NCBI GenBank assembly: GCA_023703655.1
Contig: CP097973.1
Location: 971,831 to 1,035,830, forward strand
Length of the DNA: 64,000 bases
Direction: 5' to 3'
From: SAR86 cluster bacterium
GTDB taxonomy: Bacteria > Pseudomonadota > Gammaproteobacteria > Magnimaribacterales > D2472
The translations under genes were made by a program, and so were the position numbers. A model generated the notes under the pieces. That model made no database searches. It saw only the letters and a list, made by a program, of their open reading frames with translations, and was not told the origin of the DNA. Positions 29,263 to 38,350 of this stretch are shown here, piece by piece. Every line of letters starts with the position of its first letter. The first letter of the stretch is position 1.

Positions 29263-30876
29263 GTGAAAATCTCAGTTTTTAAAAATAATATTAATGTAAT
29301 AATTGATATTATAAATAAAAAAATAAATAAAATTTTGAGAGCATCACAAATATCTATCTATCTTATTGTTGGCCTTTGTTTTGTCACTGGACTTTTTTTG
29401 CATATTGAGTGGAATGACTTATCAATCCTGCAAGCAAGAAGTTTAGATGAATATGCTTTTGTTGAGCCTTTGATAAATATTTCTGATGGAATTAAAGTTT
29501 CCTCTCTTGAAAAAATATTTAGCTTTATTTTCTATTCTTATGGATTTCTCTACTTCTTTTTAAATTTTTTATCTACATTTCTATACCTAGATGAAATTAT
29601 GAATCCTGCTTTCATTAGCTCTATTAGGGTTTTAGCAGTTAGCATTTTTTGTGCAAATCTTTTAATTTTTTATAAGATTATTGATCAAAGCATAATCTCG
29701 TTGCTTGAGAGGGTCGTGTTGATGTTTATATTGGTCACTATGCCTGCGATTTGGACATTTAGTGGATATATTCATCCTGACTTTCTAATGATGTGTTCAT
29801 TTCTAGCATCTGTCATGTCTATGATTAAGGCTGATAAACAAATAAATAAATTCTATTGGTTTTCTTTGGCTCTTTATGGTTTTGCTATATCGATAAAATT
29901 TCAAGCACTTATATTTTTTCCATTTTATATATGGGTTTGGCTAGCATATCTTTCTGATAAATCTTTAAAAAAAGTATTTTTTTTTCGTTCAATTGTTAAG
30001 TCATTATTTTTGATCTTGTTTATCTTCATAGCTACAAATCCCTATGTTTTGTCCTCTCATGGTTTTGATGCTTGGGTGGCAAGCATTAATGCAGATTTTT
30101 TAAGTAACAAAACTAACCACGGAAATGATGAGAGGATTCTCTTAATGGATAAATTAAATTTTTCATTATTTGAGTTTTATTATGATAAGTTTGTTTTGGC
30201 GGTGCTATTGTTTTCCTCAATATTTATGGTGCTGAAAGAAAGTTATAAAAAGTCTTTCTCAGTTTATGGAGGGATAGCAATTTTCTGTATTTTATATTTT
30301 TGCTATTTAATGTTTTTTGTAAATAAGAGCTGGGCATTATATTTCTTGCCTTTTGGTATAGCCTCAATAATTGTTTTAATTAACTTGCCTGAGATGGTTC
30401 AATTCAAATTTTTTAAAATTAAAAGATTTCGATTAATATTATTATCAACGATCTTACTTTCTAATGTGCTTAGTAATTTTGCTCTAAATAAGGAGATATT
30501 CCTCAATCACTTTAATGGTAATTCTATTAGCTATGATGCAATTAATAAAAATGAAATTGTATTTGTGAACCCACAAAATGAATTAATTAAGTCGAGAGAA
30601 CTAGCTGATATATTAAGAAATTTTTCAAATCAATCTAAAATAATAACTACTCCCTATGTAAATTTTCCATTTAAGCAACTCAATAGAACCTATATGGATG
30701 TAAGGATTATCTATGATTTTGATAAAATCTTAAATATTTCTGATTTGTCAGGAGAAGATTTAATTTTCATAATTAACAAAAGATATGAGTCTGAAATAAA
30801 AAAAATTCTTGGTAAAACTAATGCAAGTTTACTTGGCACTACAAATGACTATCTTTTATTTGATTTGCAGACTTAG
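29263..30876 (+). CDS. GT-C (PMT/ArnT-like) membrane glycosyltransferase; true start may be TTG at 29335
   Basis: DE motif after TM1 (SLDEY), YSYG, HPD, AISIKF, NPY; multiple TM segments. Confidence 0.68.
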   Translation: MKISVFKNNINVIIDIINKKINKILRASQISIYLIVGLCFVTGLFLHIEWNDLSILQARSLDEYAFVEPLINISDGIKVSSLEKIFSFIFYSYGFLYFFLNFLSTFLYLDEIMNPAFISSIRVLAVSIFCANLLIFYKIIDQSIISLLERVVLMFILVTMPAIWTFSGYIHPDFLMMCSFLASVMSMIKADKQINKFYWFSLALYGFAISIKFQALIFFPFYIWVWLAYLSDKSLKKVFFFRSIVKSLFLILFIFIATNPYVLSSHGFDAWVASINADFLSNKTNHGNDERILLMDKLNFSLFEFYYDKFVLAVLLFSSIFMVLKESYKKSFSVYGGIAIFCILYFCYLMFFVNKSWALYFLPFGIASIIVLINLPEMVQFKFFKIKRFRLILLSTILLSNVLSNFALNKEIFLNHFNGNSISYDAINKNEIVFVNPQNELIKSRELADILRNFSNQSKIITTPYVNFPFKQLNRTYMDVRIIYDFDKILNISDLSGEDLIFIINKRYESEIKKILGKTNASLLGTTNDYLLFDLQT

Positions 30877-32062
30877 TTTGATATGGGTATGAATTTGTGA
30901 ATGCTAGCATTAAAAGAAAAATTAGAGAGTCATAGGAATCCCAAAGCAACGACTCAACTACTAATAATATAAATAGTATAAAAAAATTCATTTCAATAAA
31001 GCCTTTATCTTTAATCGCATTAATGGATTTTTTCAAAGCATTTAAAATTAAAAGGATCAGAGCAATAAGAAAAATTATTCCACCAAAAAAATATGCAGAA
31101 ATAAAAAGATTATGTGGCTCCGAGTGATTCAAAAAGATAATTAAATTATTTAAATTTGGTCTTAATAGGTCAATGCTAACCAAAAAATCAAATGATTTAT
31201 GTTTAAGCTCACTAAATAAACTTAAATAAACAGAGAAATTTTCATTTTTAAAAATTGTCAGATAATAATATTTATCATCTAGTTGTAATGAGTTACCAAG
31301 TCCAACAGATATGTGTGAAAATACAATATAGAGGATTATAGCTATACCTAATAAAATAAGAAATGACCTTCCATTTGATCTATTTAAGAGATTTACTAAC
31401 ACAATAGATGCTATGAATAGATATGCAAATTTTGCCTGAGTTAGAAACAACATTATTAGGGTTATTCCCTCTAAAAATCTTTTATATTTATAGCTAATCA
31501 ATAAAAAAGATATTGAGCAATAAAAAAAAGCTAACGAATATGCTGTTGCGTTATAGGAGTAGTAAAACCCTTTGCTATGATTAAAAAGTTTAGCTATAGG
31601 ATTAGGATAATTTGCTACACTGATGGAACTGAAAACATTAGTTTTTAGAGAAAGTATCTCAATAAATCCCAAAAATACAGAAAATAATAAAAAAAAACCG
31701 AAAATCATTATTGCATTTATAATTTTTATTTTTTCTTCAGGCACTCTAAATTGCATCCAGATTAATCTCGATAAAAAGTAGATTATTAGAAAACTTAACG
31801 CAAAGACATTAATACTTTGTGAGACCATAAAGTGAAATATTATTGAAGCAAAAATGACAACATCGATGTCAATAAATTTGCGTGCATTGAGATCTTTAAA
31901 ATACTGAATTAATGGTGTTCTCAAATAAATTAGATTTAAAGTTATAACAAATACAATAAGTATATTCGCCTGAAAAAGGTTTAAATCTATCCATCCTTTT
32001 GAAGGAACTAGTATGAGCAAAAATAAAAGTGGGTAAGATATTTGCTTAATGATTTTGGTCAT
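30839..32062 (-). CDS. O-antigen ligase / Wzy_C-like membrane protein
   Basis: About 11 TM segments, YNATAY, LTQAK, EPHNLFI...GGI motif. Confidence 0.65.
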   Translation of the reverse strand: MTKIIKQISYPLLFLLILVPSKGWIDLNLFQANILIVFVITLNLIYLRTPLIQYFKDLNARKFIDIDVVIFASIIFHFMVSQSINVFALSFLIIYFLSRLIWMQFRVPEEKIKIINAIMIFGFFLLFSVFLGFIEILSLKTNVFSSISVANYPNPIAKLFNHSKGFYYSYNATAYSLAFFYCSISFLLISYKYKRFLEGITLIMLFLTQAKFAYLFIASIVLVNLLNRSNGRSFLILLGIAIILYIVFSHISVGLGNSLQLDDKYYYLTIFKNENFSVYLSLFSELKHKSFDFLVSIDLLRPNLNNLIIFLNHSEPHNLFISAYFFGGIIFLIALILLILNALKKSINAIKDKGFIEMNFFILFILLVVESLLWDSYDSLIFLLMLAFTNSYPYQTKSANQIKDSHL

Positions 32063-32098
32063 TCCAAATTGATAATAGCATATTAGATTTTTTAAAAT

Positions 32099-32758
32099 TT
32101 ATGACTGTCTTAAAGTTCTAAAAAATAAAATGATGCCTGTAATTGAGCTTACCAATGCTAGCAATGAAAAAACCTGAAGAAAGATATTATTAATATTATC
32201 ACGCTCTTTCCAATCAATTATATGAAGCCCCCACAAAAAATCCCAAACTCGCCATGATAAAGTCCTGATTGCCTCTACTTTGCCAGAAAACGGATTGAGA
32301 TAAACGTTAATTTCCTTGCCATCTTTATCAAAAGAGGAGATCTTATACAATGGAAGCTTTCTTCCGCGATACTCTGAACCTGCATAATCTTCATTGATTT
32401 CAGTAACAGCAACAGGATTAAGACTTGTAACACTCCTTACAATTTCTTGTGATTCTCTGAAATCTAATTTAGGTATATTTTGTCCCTTGGAGTCTAGGTA
32501 GCTCACGTTATCATCATTTTGAATCATAAATACAGTCTTATCTAAACGCTTTAATATAATTACACTGTCTGAAGAACGAATTTCAAATTCAGGATTCTCA
32601 AAAGAAACTGATGCATCTTGGTTGACTAAATATCCTTCACCTCTAATCAATTCAATTTTATTAAAAGCAAAAAATATTCCTGAAATGGTCCATAACATTA
32701 GTTGCACAGAAACAATTAAGCTGAAATATTTATGTAATACTCTCACGTTTCTTTTCAT
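32099..32758 (-). CDS. PepSY-associated TM protein
   Basis: LHKYFSL..Q..LWTISG, SEYRG, VYLNPFSG, WRVWDFLWGLHIIDW. Confidence 0.8.
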   Translation of the reverse strand: MKRNVRVLHKYFSLIVSVQLMLWTISGIFFAFNKIELIRGEGYLVNQDASVSFENPEFEIRSSDSVIILKRLDKTVFMIQNDDNVSYLDSKGQNIPKLDFRESQEIVRSVTSLNPVAVTEINEDYAGSEYRGRKLPLYKISSFDKDGKEINVYLNPFSGKVEAIRTLSWRVWDFLWGLHIIDWKERDNINNIFLQVFSLLALVSSITGIILFFRTLRQS

Positions 32759-32765
32759 AAGCTAA

Positions 32766-33335
32766 TTATTCTTTTTTTGAAGTAATGACTTTGTCTATAA
32801 GGTCATTTAATTCCGGTTTATGATTTCTTATTTCATCTATGGAAAGGCCCTCAAGCTCATGAGGAAAAACAAGCCACTTATCAGTTTTATGTAAATAATA
32901 ATCTGGCTCAAAGTTTGTCTTGTTGTTGGAGGGTTTGAAGTATGGTGTGGCAATGCGAATTTCCGGTGTATTTTTTTTGCAAGCAGATCTTAAATCCTCA
33001 ATTATTTTAGTTACCGATAATCCTGTATCGAATACATCATCAACGATTAATAAAGAATCTTCTGAATGTAGTTTACGAATTACATAATTTAATCCATAAA
33101 CCTGTATGTAATCCTCGCGTTTATTTATGCCTGAATAAGAGGAAGTTCTTATTGCTATGTGATCTGATTGTACATCTAAAAAATCAAGAAACTCCTGTAC
33201 TGCTATACCTACAGGCGCTCCTCCTCGCCACACACCTATAATATAGTTAGGTCTGTACCCACTTTCGTACACATTCCATGCAATTTTAAACGCATCCTTA
33301 AGTAATTCTCCGGAATTAATGAAAAGCTTTTCCAT
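32766..33335 (-). CDS. Purine (hypoxanthine/xanthine-type) phosphoribosyltransferase
   Basis: IGVWRGG, PRPP loop LLIVDDVFDTG, PDYY, WLVFPHE. Confidence 0.88.
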   Translation of the reverse strand: MEKLFINSGELLKDAFKIAWNVYESGYRPNYIIGVWRGGAPVGIAVQEFLDFLDVQSDHIAIRTSSYSGINKREDYIQVYGLNYVIRKLHSEDSLLIVDDVFDTGLSVTKIIEDLRSACKKNTPEIRIATPYFKPSNNKTNFEPDYYLHKTDKWLVFPHELEGLSIDEIRNHKPELNDLIDKVITSKKE

Positions 33336-33341
33336 CAATAT

Positions 33342-33347
33342 ATTATA
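33342..33347 (-). promoter_or_regulatory. Putative -10 box (TATAAT) 6 nt upstream of the PRTase ATG
   Basis: Minus strand TATAAT-ATATTG-ATG; no Shine-Dalgarno. Confidence 0.45.
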
Positions 33348-33391
33348 AGATTTTTAAACAAATGAGATTTAAAAAACTAAAGAATTTTTAA

Positions 33392-35677
33392 CTAGAGCGA
33401 CATTTGGACACGTAGCATTATCTGTCTAGGTCCAATAAGTTCAACTCCAGTAGCGCCCACGCCAAAAACGTCTGTGAACCTCGCATTTGTTCCATCCTCA
33501 TCTGTAAGGTTTTTTGCTACAAACTCAAATCTTAAATCATTATTCGACTGAGGAGTAAAGCCTAAAACAAAATCAAGGACCTCGTAATCAGGAACCATAT
33601 CAGTTAGAGGGTTATTAAACATTCTATGTTTGAAATCCCCTCTGTAAATGTACTGAAGTGAATTAGTTAGCTCCCCCCAATTTTCGACATAACCCTCCCA
33701 TGTCAATGCAAGGTTGGCTGTAAAATTAGGAGTTTTTGCTAATTCGTTACCTTTAACATTTGTGATTTCAGCTGCACGAGCAATTTGCACCTGATCACTA
33801 AATTGATTAACTCCTTGAGCTAACAAAGCATTTGTTGCTATATCAGACTGCACATTATCCAGAGCAAAGTGATCTGCAGTAATCTCTGTTTCAATCCATG
33901 ACAGATTTGCATCTAAAATCATGCTATCAGTTAAATAAGTAGAAAATTCAACTTCTGCACCATAAATTTCTGATTCAGGTATATTGCTTACACCTCCTTG
34001 AAATAATTCTGGATCTGTTGCCTGATACTGAAGACCTTCATAGTTATAGAAGAAAACTGCAGAGTTTATCCTAGTTCTTCCTCCAGCAAGATCTGCCTTT
34101 AATCCAAATTCATACGCATCAACAACTTCTTCCTCAAAGGTTGGTAGAACCACAATTGGTGCAACTATATCTTCTCTTCCATACGTTAGATTAGAGCCAC
34201 CTGGCTTATATCCTTTTGTATATGAAACGTAAAACATTCTGTTTTCATCAATATCTTTTTCAATTACAAATCTGCTTGTAACTTTACTACCATCTACTTG
34301 GAGTATATCTGTGCCTTGTCTTCCAAAGAAGTTTGTAACTTCGCTATAAACTTCATCATCAGTATATCTGAGTCCAAACACGGATCTTAAGGTATTACTA
34401 TGGTTCCATGTACCTTGTCCATATACAGACATAGAATCTCTTTCTGGAGTCGAATCAGATATAAAACCAACATCACCACCATAGGCAAGCACTTCACTAA
34501 CAACTATTGGATCAAAACCATCCCAAGCAAAATCCAACCTTTCTCTAATACTAATATCTATTTCTGTATCCAAATAGAAAAAGCCTGCTATCCAATCCAG
34601 CTTTCCCATATACGGTTGTGCTGAAACAATATTGAATTCCTGAGTAATTGTTGTTTGCTTGTTGGTCTCAGGATCATACTCGCTTGGAAGTTGTGCAAAT
34701 GGAGGTAAGTAAGCAGCATCATTTCTATCATTATCTCTGCGGACAAGTATGTCATCAACTTGATGACTGGTCAGAGATTTGATGCTAAATGCATCGTAAT
34801 CCCATTCTAATACCATACTGTAAAGAGAAGCCTCTAGCTTATGCTCAGTCTTGGAATTTTGTCTTAATTTTCTCGGATCGGTTGTAGTGTCGAGTAGGCC
34901 CTTTTGTGCTGAGCCATTCCGATTCTCATCAAATATTTGAGCAGTAAAATTCGCCCTGAATGCATCAGATGGTTGATATAAAAAACGTACTCTAGCAGAA
35001 ATGCTATCGGCATCATCTAAATCCTGCCCAGTACTAAGATTATCTGTAAAACCATCCCTTTTATGGGTAATAAATGAGGCCCTTAATGCAACAGTTTCGC
35101 TTAGAGGTCTGTTAAATGATGCTCTTGTCTTCACAAGACTGTAATCACCTATTGTTATATCACCATATGTTGAACTTTCGTTTAAAGATGGTGCAGCTGT
35201 AATAACATTTATTGCACCACCGGTTGAGTTTTGACCAAATAAAGTACCTTGAGGTCCTCTTAAGACTTCTATTCTTTCTAAATCCATGAATTCTGTTTGT
35301 AAGGAGTAAGGCGAGGCAATGTAAATTCCATCAAGATGATACGAAACAGATGGTGTTGCAATTGCGTTCTGATTGGTTTCGTAGCCAACACCGCGAATAG
35401 TTATTACAGTTTTAAATCCTTCATTCTTTGCAACGTTTACACCCGGCGCAATTGCACTAATATCTACAAATGTTGAAATCTGTTTTTTATCTAAATCATC
35501 GGAACTTAAGACTGTTACTGCTTGAGATAGATCTTGAAGACTTTCAGTTCTTTTTTCGGCAGTAACAATAATATCCTCAATAACAGCACTGGTTTCTTGA
35601 GCATAAATTGTCTGAGATAAAAAAGAAGTTACTAATATTAAAGAAAAAGTTTTTAATAAATAGTTTACAGTTTTCAT
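33392..35677 (-). CDS. TonB-dependent receptor
   Basis: Signal peptide, TonB box EDIIVTA, plug motif RIEVLRGPQGTLFGQNSTGGAIN, beta-barrel, KNLTD...PRQ C-terminus. Confidence 0.96.
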   Translation of the reverse strand: MKTVNYLLKTFSLILVTSFLSQTIYAQETSAVIEDIIVTAEKRTESLQDLSQAVTVLSSDDLDKKQISTFVDISAIAPGVNVAKNEGFKTVITIRGVGYETNQNAIATPSVSYHLDGIYIASPYSLQTEFMDLERIEVLRGPQGTLFGQNSTGGAINVITAAPSLNESSTYGDITIGDYSLVKTRASFNRPLSETVALRASFITHKRDGFTDNLSTGQDLDDADSISARVRFLYQPSDAFRANFTAQIFDENRNGSAQKGLLDTTTDPRKLRQNSKTEHKLEASLYSMVLEWDYDAFSIKSLTSHQVDDILVRRDNDRNDAAYLPPFAQLPSEYDPETNKQTTITQEFNIVSAQPYMGKLDWIAGFFYLDTEIDISIRERLDFAWDGFDPIVVSEVLAYGGDVGFISDSTPERDSMSVYGQGTWNHSNTLRSVFGLRYTDDEVYSEVTNFFGRQGTDILQVDGSKVTSRFVIEKDIDENRMFYVSYTKGYKPGGSNLTYGREDIVAPIVVLPTFEEEVVDAYEFGLKADLAGGRTRINSAVFFYNYEGLQYQATDPELFQGGVSNIPESEIYGAEVEFSTYLTDSMILDANLSWIETEITADHFALDNVQSDIATNALLAQGVNQFSDQVQIARAAEITNVKGNELAKTPNFTANLALTWEGYVENWGELTNSLQYIYRGDFKHRMFNNPLTDMVPDYEVLDFVLGFTPQSNNDLRFEFVAKNLTDEDGTNARFTDVFGVGATGVELIGPRQIMLRVQMSL

Positions 35678-35710
35678 AAATTTTTCCCTATTCGATGTTT
35701 ATATATATCA

Positions 35711-35726
35711 TGCAAATTTTATGCCA
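35711..35726 (-). promoter_or_regulatory. Sigma-54 (-24/-12) promoter facing the TonB receptor
   Basis: Minus strand TGGCATAAAATTTGCA matches TGGCAC-N5-TTGCW with exact GG-N10-GC spacing, 33 nt from ATG. Confidence 0.72.
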
Positions 35727-35784
35727 TCTTGTAAACATACTTTTTGAATAATACACTTAATTTTGAAATAAGGTCATTGCATTT

Positions 35785-37074
35785 ATGCTCGAAAAAATAT
35801 TCGAATTAAGATTAAATAACTCTTCTGTAAAAAAAGAGTTGCTTGCAGGCTTCACAACATTTGTGACAATGGCGTACATAATTTTTGTCAATCCTCAAAT
35901 GATGGCAATTAGTGGAATGGATCAAGGAGCAAGTTTCGTTGCAACCTGCATTGCTGCTGCAGTTGCATGCATTTTTATGGGATTGTATGCAAATTGGCCT
36001 GTAGGACTTGCACCAGGAATGGGATTAAATGCTTTTTTTACTTTTACAGTAGTTGGTGAGTTAGGCTACTCATGGGAAATTGCTTTGGGGGCAGTATTTC
36101 TTTCTGGAATTTTATTTGTGATCATGAGTGTAACGAATTTGCGCAAATGGATGTTAGAAAGCATCCCTCTTAATCTGAGAATTGCAATGGGTTGTGGGGT
36201 AGGTCTTTTTGTTGGGTTTATAGGCTTAAAAAGTGGAGGTCTAATAGTATCTAATGAAGCAACATTCTTATCCTTAGGTAACTTCGCTCAAATTGAAACA
36301 TTATTATCTGCACTAGGATTCTTAATCATTTCAATTTTAGCTGTCAGAAAAGTGCCTGGTGCTATAATTCTTGGAGTACTAATCATTACTCTCATAGGTA
36401 TTATTTTTGGACTAATTGAATTTAATGGCTTGGTGTCGATTCCACCAAATATTGCACCAATATTTTTAAAGATGGATATTTTGGGTGCATTGGATGTTGC
36501 CATGATAAGTATTATTTTTTCATTTTTATTTGTAAACCTTTTTGATACAGCCGGTACCTTACTTGGTGTTGCTAACAGAGCAAATTTAGTTGATAAAAAT
36601 GGCGAAATCATTGACATTGACAAAGCACTAAAAGCTGACAGCAGCTCAAGTGTAATAGGAGCATTTTTTGGTTGTTCTCCAGTAACAAGTTATGTGGAAA
36701 GCTCAGCAGGTGTAGAAGCTGGAGGAAGAACTGGATTAACTGCAGTAATAGTGGGCATTCTCTTTCTTTTTTCGATCTTCTTTTCTCCGTTAGCATCAAT
36801 TATTCCTACTTTTGCGACAGCAGGAGCATTAATCTATGTTGCAATATTGATGCTTAGTGGAATGGAAAAGCTAAATTGGTCAGATATGACAGAGCTTTTA
36901 CCTGCATTAGTTATCATTGTGATGATTCCACTGACTTTCTCAATTGCAAATGGAATAGCGCTCGGATTTATTGCCTACATAGCTTTAAAAGTTTTTACAG
37001 GTGGATTAACTAATATTTCCTATGGTGCTTGGTTTTTGACATTGATCTTTATCTCAAAATTTGTCTTCTTATAG
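35785..37074 (+). CDS. NCS2/AzgA-family adenine-guanine-hypoxanthine permease
   Basis: TMAYIIFVNP, APGMGLNAFF, LFDTAGTL, TSYVESSAG..GGRTGLT, PLTFSIANG. Confidence 0.95.
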   Translation: MLEKIFELRLNNSSVKKELLAGFTTFVTMAYIIFVNPQMMAISGMDQGASFVATCIAAAVACIFMGLYANWPVGLAPGMGLNAFFTFTVVGELGYSWEIALGAVFLSGILFVIMSVTNLRKWMLESIPLNLRIAMGCGVGLFVGFIGLKSGGLIVSNEATFLSLGNFAQIETLLSALGFLIISILAVRKVPGAIILGVLIITLIGIIFGLIEFNGLVSIPPNIAPIFLKMDILGALDVAMISIIFSFLFVNLFDTAGTLLGVANRANLVDKNGEIIDIDKALKADSSSSVIGAFFGCSPVTSYVESSAGVEAGGRTGLTAVIVGILFLFSIFFSPLASIIPTFATAGALIYVAILMLSGMEKLNWSDMTELLPALVIIVMIPLTFSIANGIALGFIAYIALKVFTGGLTNISYGAWFLTLIFISKFVFL

Positions 37075-37602
37075 ATGTTCAACTTTATAGCCCTGTTGTT
37101 TGATAAGATTACTTCCCCCAAGATTGGGTAAGTCAATGACAGCGAGAATTAAGATATTTTCTTTGGTTATATCAAAATTCTCAGTAATAAGTTCTGCGCA
37201 CGCTATGGCGGTTCCGCCAGTTGCTACTAGATCATCCACAATTACAACACGATCAGTTTTATTCAGTATTGTATTTTTCTGAATTTCAATTGAGGTACTG
37301 CCATACTCAAGATCAAAGTCTCTTGTGAAAGTTGGATTAGGAAGTTTTCCAGGTTTTCTGGCTAAAATAAAAGGCAAGGATAAGTCTTTAGCAATTGAGC
37401 CAGCAAAAATGAAACCTCTGCTTTCAATACTAGCAATTGCATTCGCATCAAATAACTTAGCCAATATTGTAAGTTCCTCGCAAGTGGTAACAAAAGCTTC
37501 TGGGGTTTCTATTAAACTAGTAATATCTCTAAATACAATTCCTTCAATGGGAAAGTCATCAACTTTTCTTATAAATTTCTTTAGTTTAAACTTGTCTGAC
37601 AT
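37069..37602 (-). CDS. apt: Adenine phosphoribosyltransferase
   Basis: DFPIEGIVFRDIT, ESRGF, RKPGKLP, LEYG, VDDLVATGGT. Confidence 0.95.
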   Translation of the reverse strand: MSDKFKLKKFIRKVDDFPIEGIVFRDITSLIETPEAFVTTCEELTILAKLFDANAIASIESRGFIFAGSIAKDLSLPFILARKPGKLPNPTFTRDFDLEYGSTSIEIQKNTILNKTDRVVIVDDLVATGGTAIACAELITENFDITKENILILAVIDLPNLGGSNLIKQQGYKVEHL

Positions 37603-37603
37603 T

Positions 37604-38326
37604 TTATGGTCTTATAAAGAAAGCATCAAATTGCAATAATTGGCCTGTTTGAGGATTGGAAAAACCAGCCTCGATATCAAAAAGTTTGTATCCCAATTCT
37701 TCAAAATAACTAAAGTAGTATTCATAAGTTTTGTCGCCATGATACAAGGAAACAGTAGAGCATTCTAATTTAACCGCACTCACTCTTTGCAAGGTTCTTA
37801 ATGCTCCACCTAAAACTTTGTCTTCATAACCCTGAACATCAATTTTTAAGAGACACTTATCATCTATTGCAAAGTAATTATCAAAAATCGAGTCGAGAGT
37901 AATTAACTTTGTTTCTTCAGAACCAATATAAATTGACGAGGGTGCATTTTGTTTATGAATATGGCCCATTTCTAAAATTGAAGAACTCGCTGCTTCATTG
38001 CCTGCAATATTTATCTTTGCTCTTCCGCATTCGTCTCCGACTGCGGCACGCTCGTGAATTATCCAATTTCCAAAACCTTCAGAATTCTTTTTTAATAAAT
38101 TATAGGCTGACGATGTTGGCTCAAAGCTAACTATTCTGCCTTTGAATCCATTACTTAAAAGAGATGATGCGAATTGTCCACTGTTTGCTCCAATATCAAG
38201 AACAAGGTTAATCCCAAGACTTTCTACAGCTTTGATGTACCTTGGACGGCCATCATTGATGTAATTTATTTGCAAATTAAATTTTTTGAATAAACCTTGG
38301 ACGATATATTTGAAAGCTTGGAACAT
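37604..38326 (-). CDS. FkbM-family SAM-dependent methyltransferase
   Basis: LDIGANSGQ, SFEP, SSSIL, LKIDVQGYE, QFDAFF. Confidence 0.92.
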   Translation of the reverse strand: MFQAFKYIVQGLFKKFNLQINYINDGRPRYIKAVESLGINLVLDIGANSGQFASSLLSNGFKGRIVSFEPTSSAYNLLKKNSEGFGNWIIHERAAVGDECGRAKINIAGNEAASSSILEMGHIHKQNAPSSIYIGSEETKLITLDSIFDNYFAIDDKCLLKIDVQGYEDKVLGGALRTLQRVSAVKLECSTVSLYHGDKTYEYYFSYFEELGYKLFDIEAGFSNPQTGQLLQFDAFFIRP

Positions 38327-38350
38327 CTAATATTTCTGTGTAATTATATT

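Noticed and set aside
29263-29334. K/N/I-rich N-terminus of the GT-C protein
   Set aside because: Probably AT-rich divergent promoter DNA read in frame; a later TTG start is more plausible
35678-35784. Purine riboswitch ahead of the permease or receptor
   Set aside because: AT-rich spacer with no three-stem junction or conserved aptamer core; the guaB leader is also too short
37069-37100. apt C-terminus looks a few residues short
   Set aside because: All catalytic motifs present and length normal; ends in a tidy 6-nt convergent overlap
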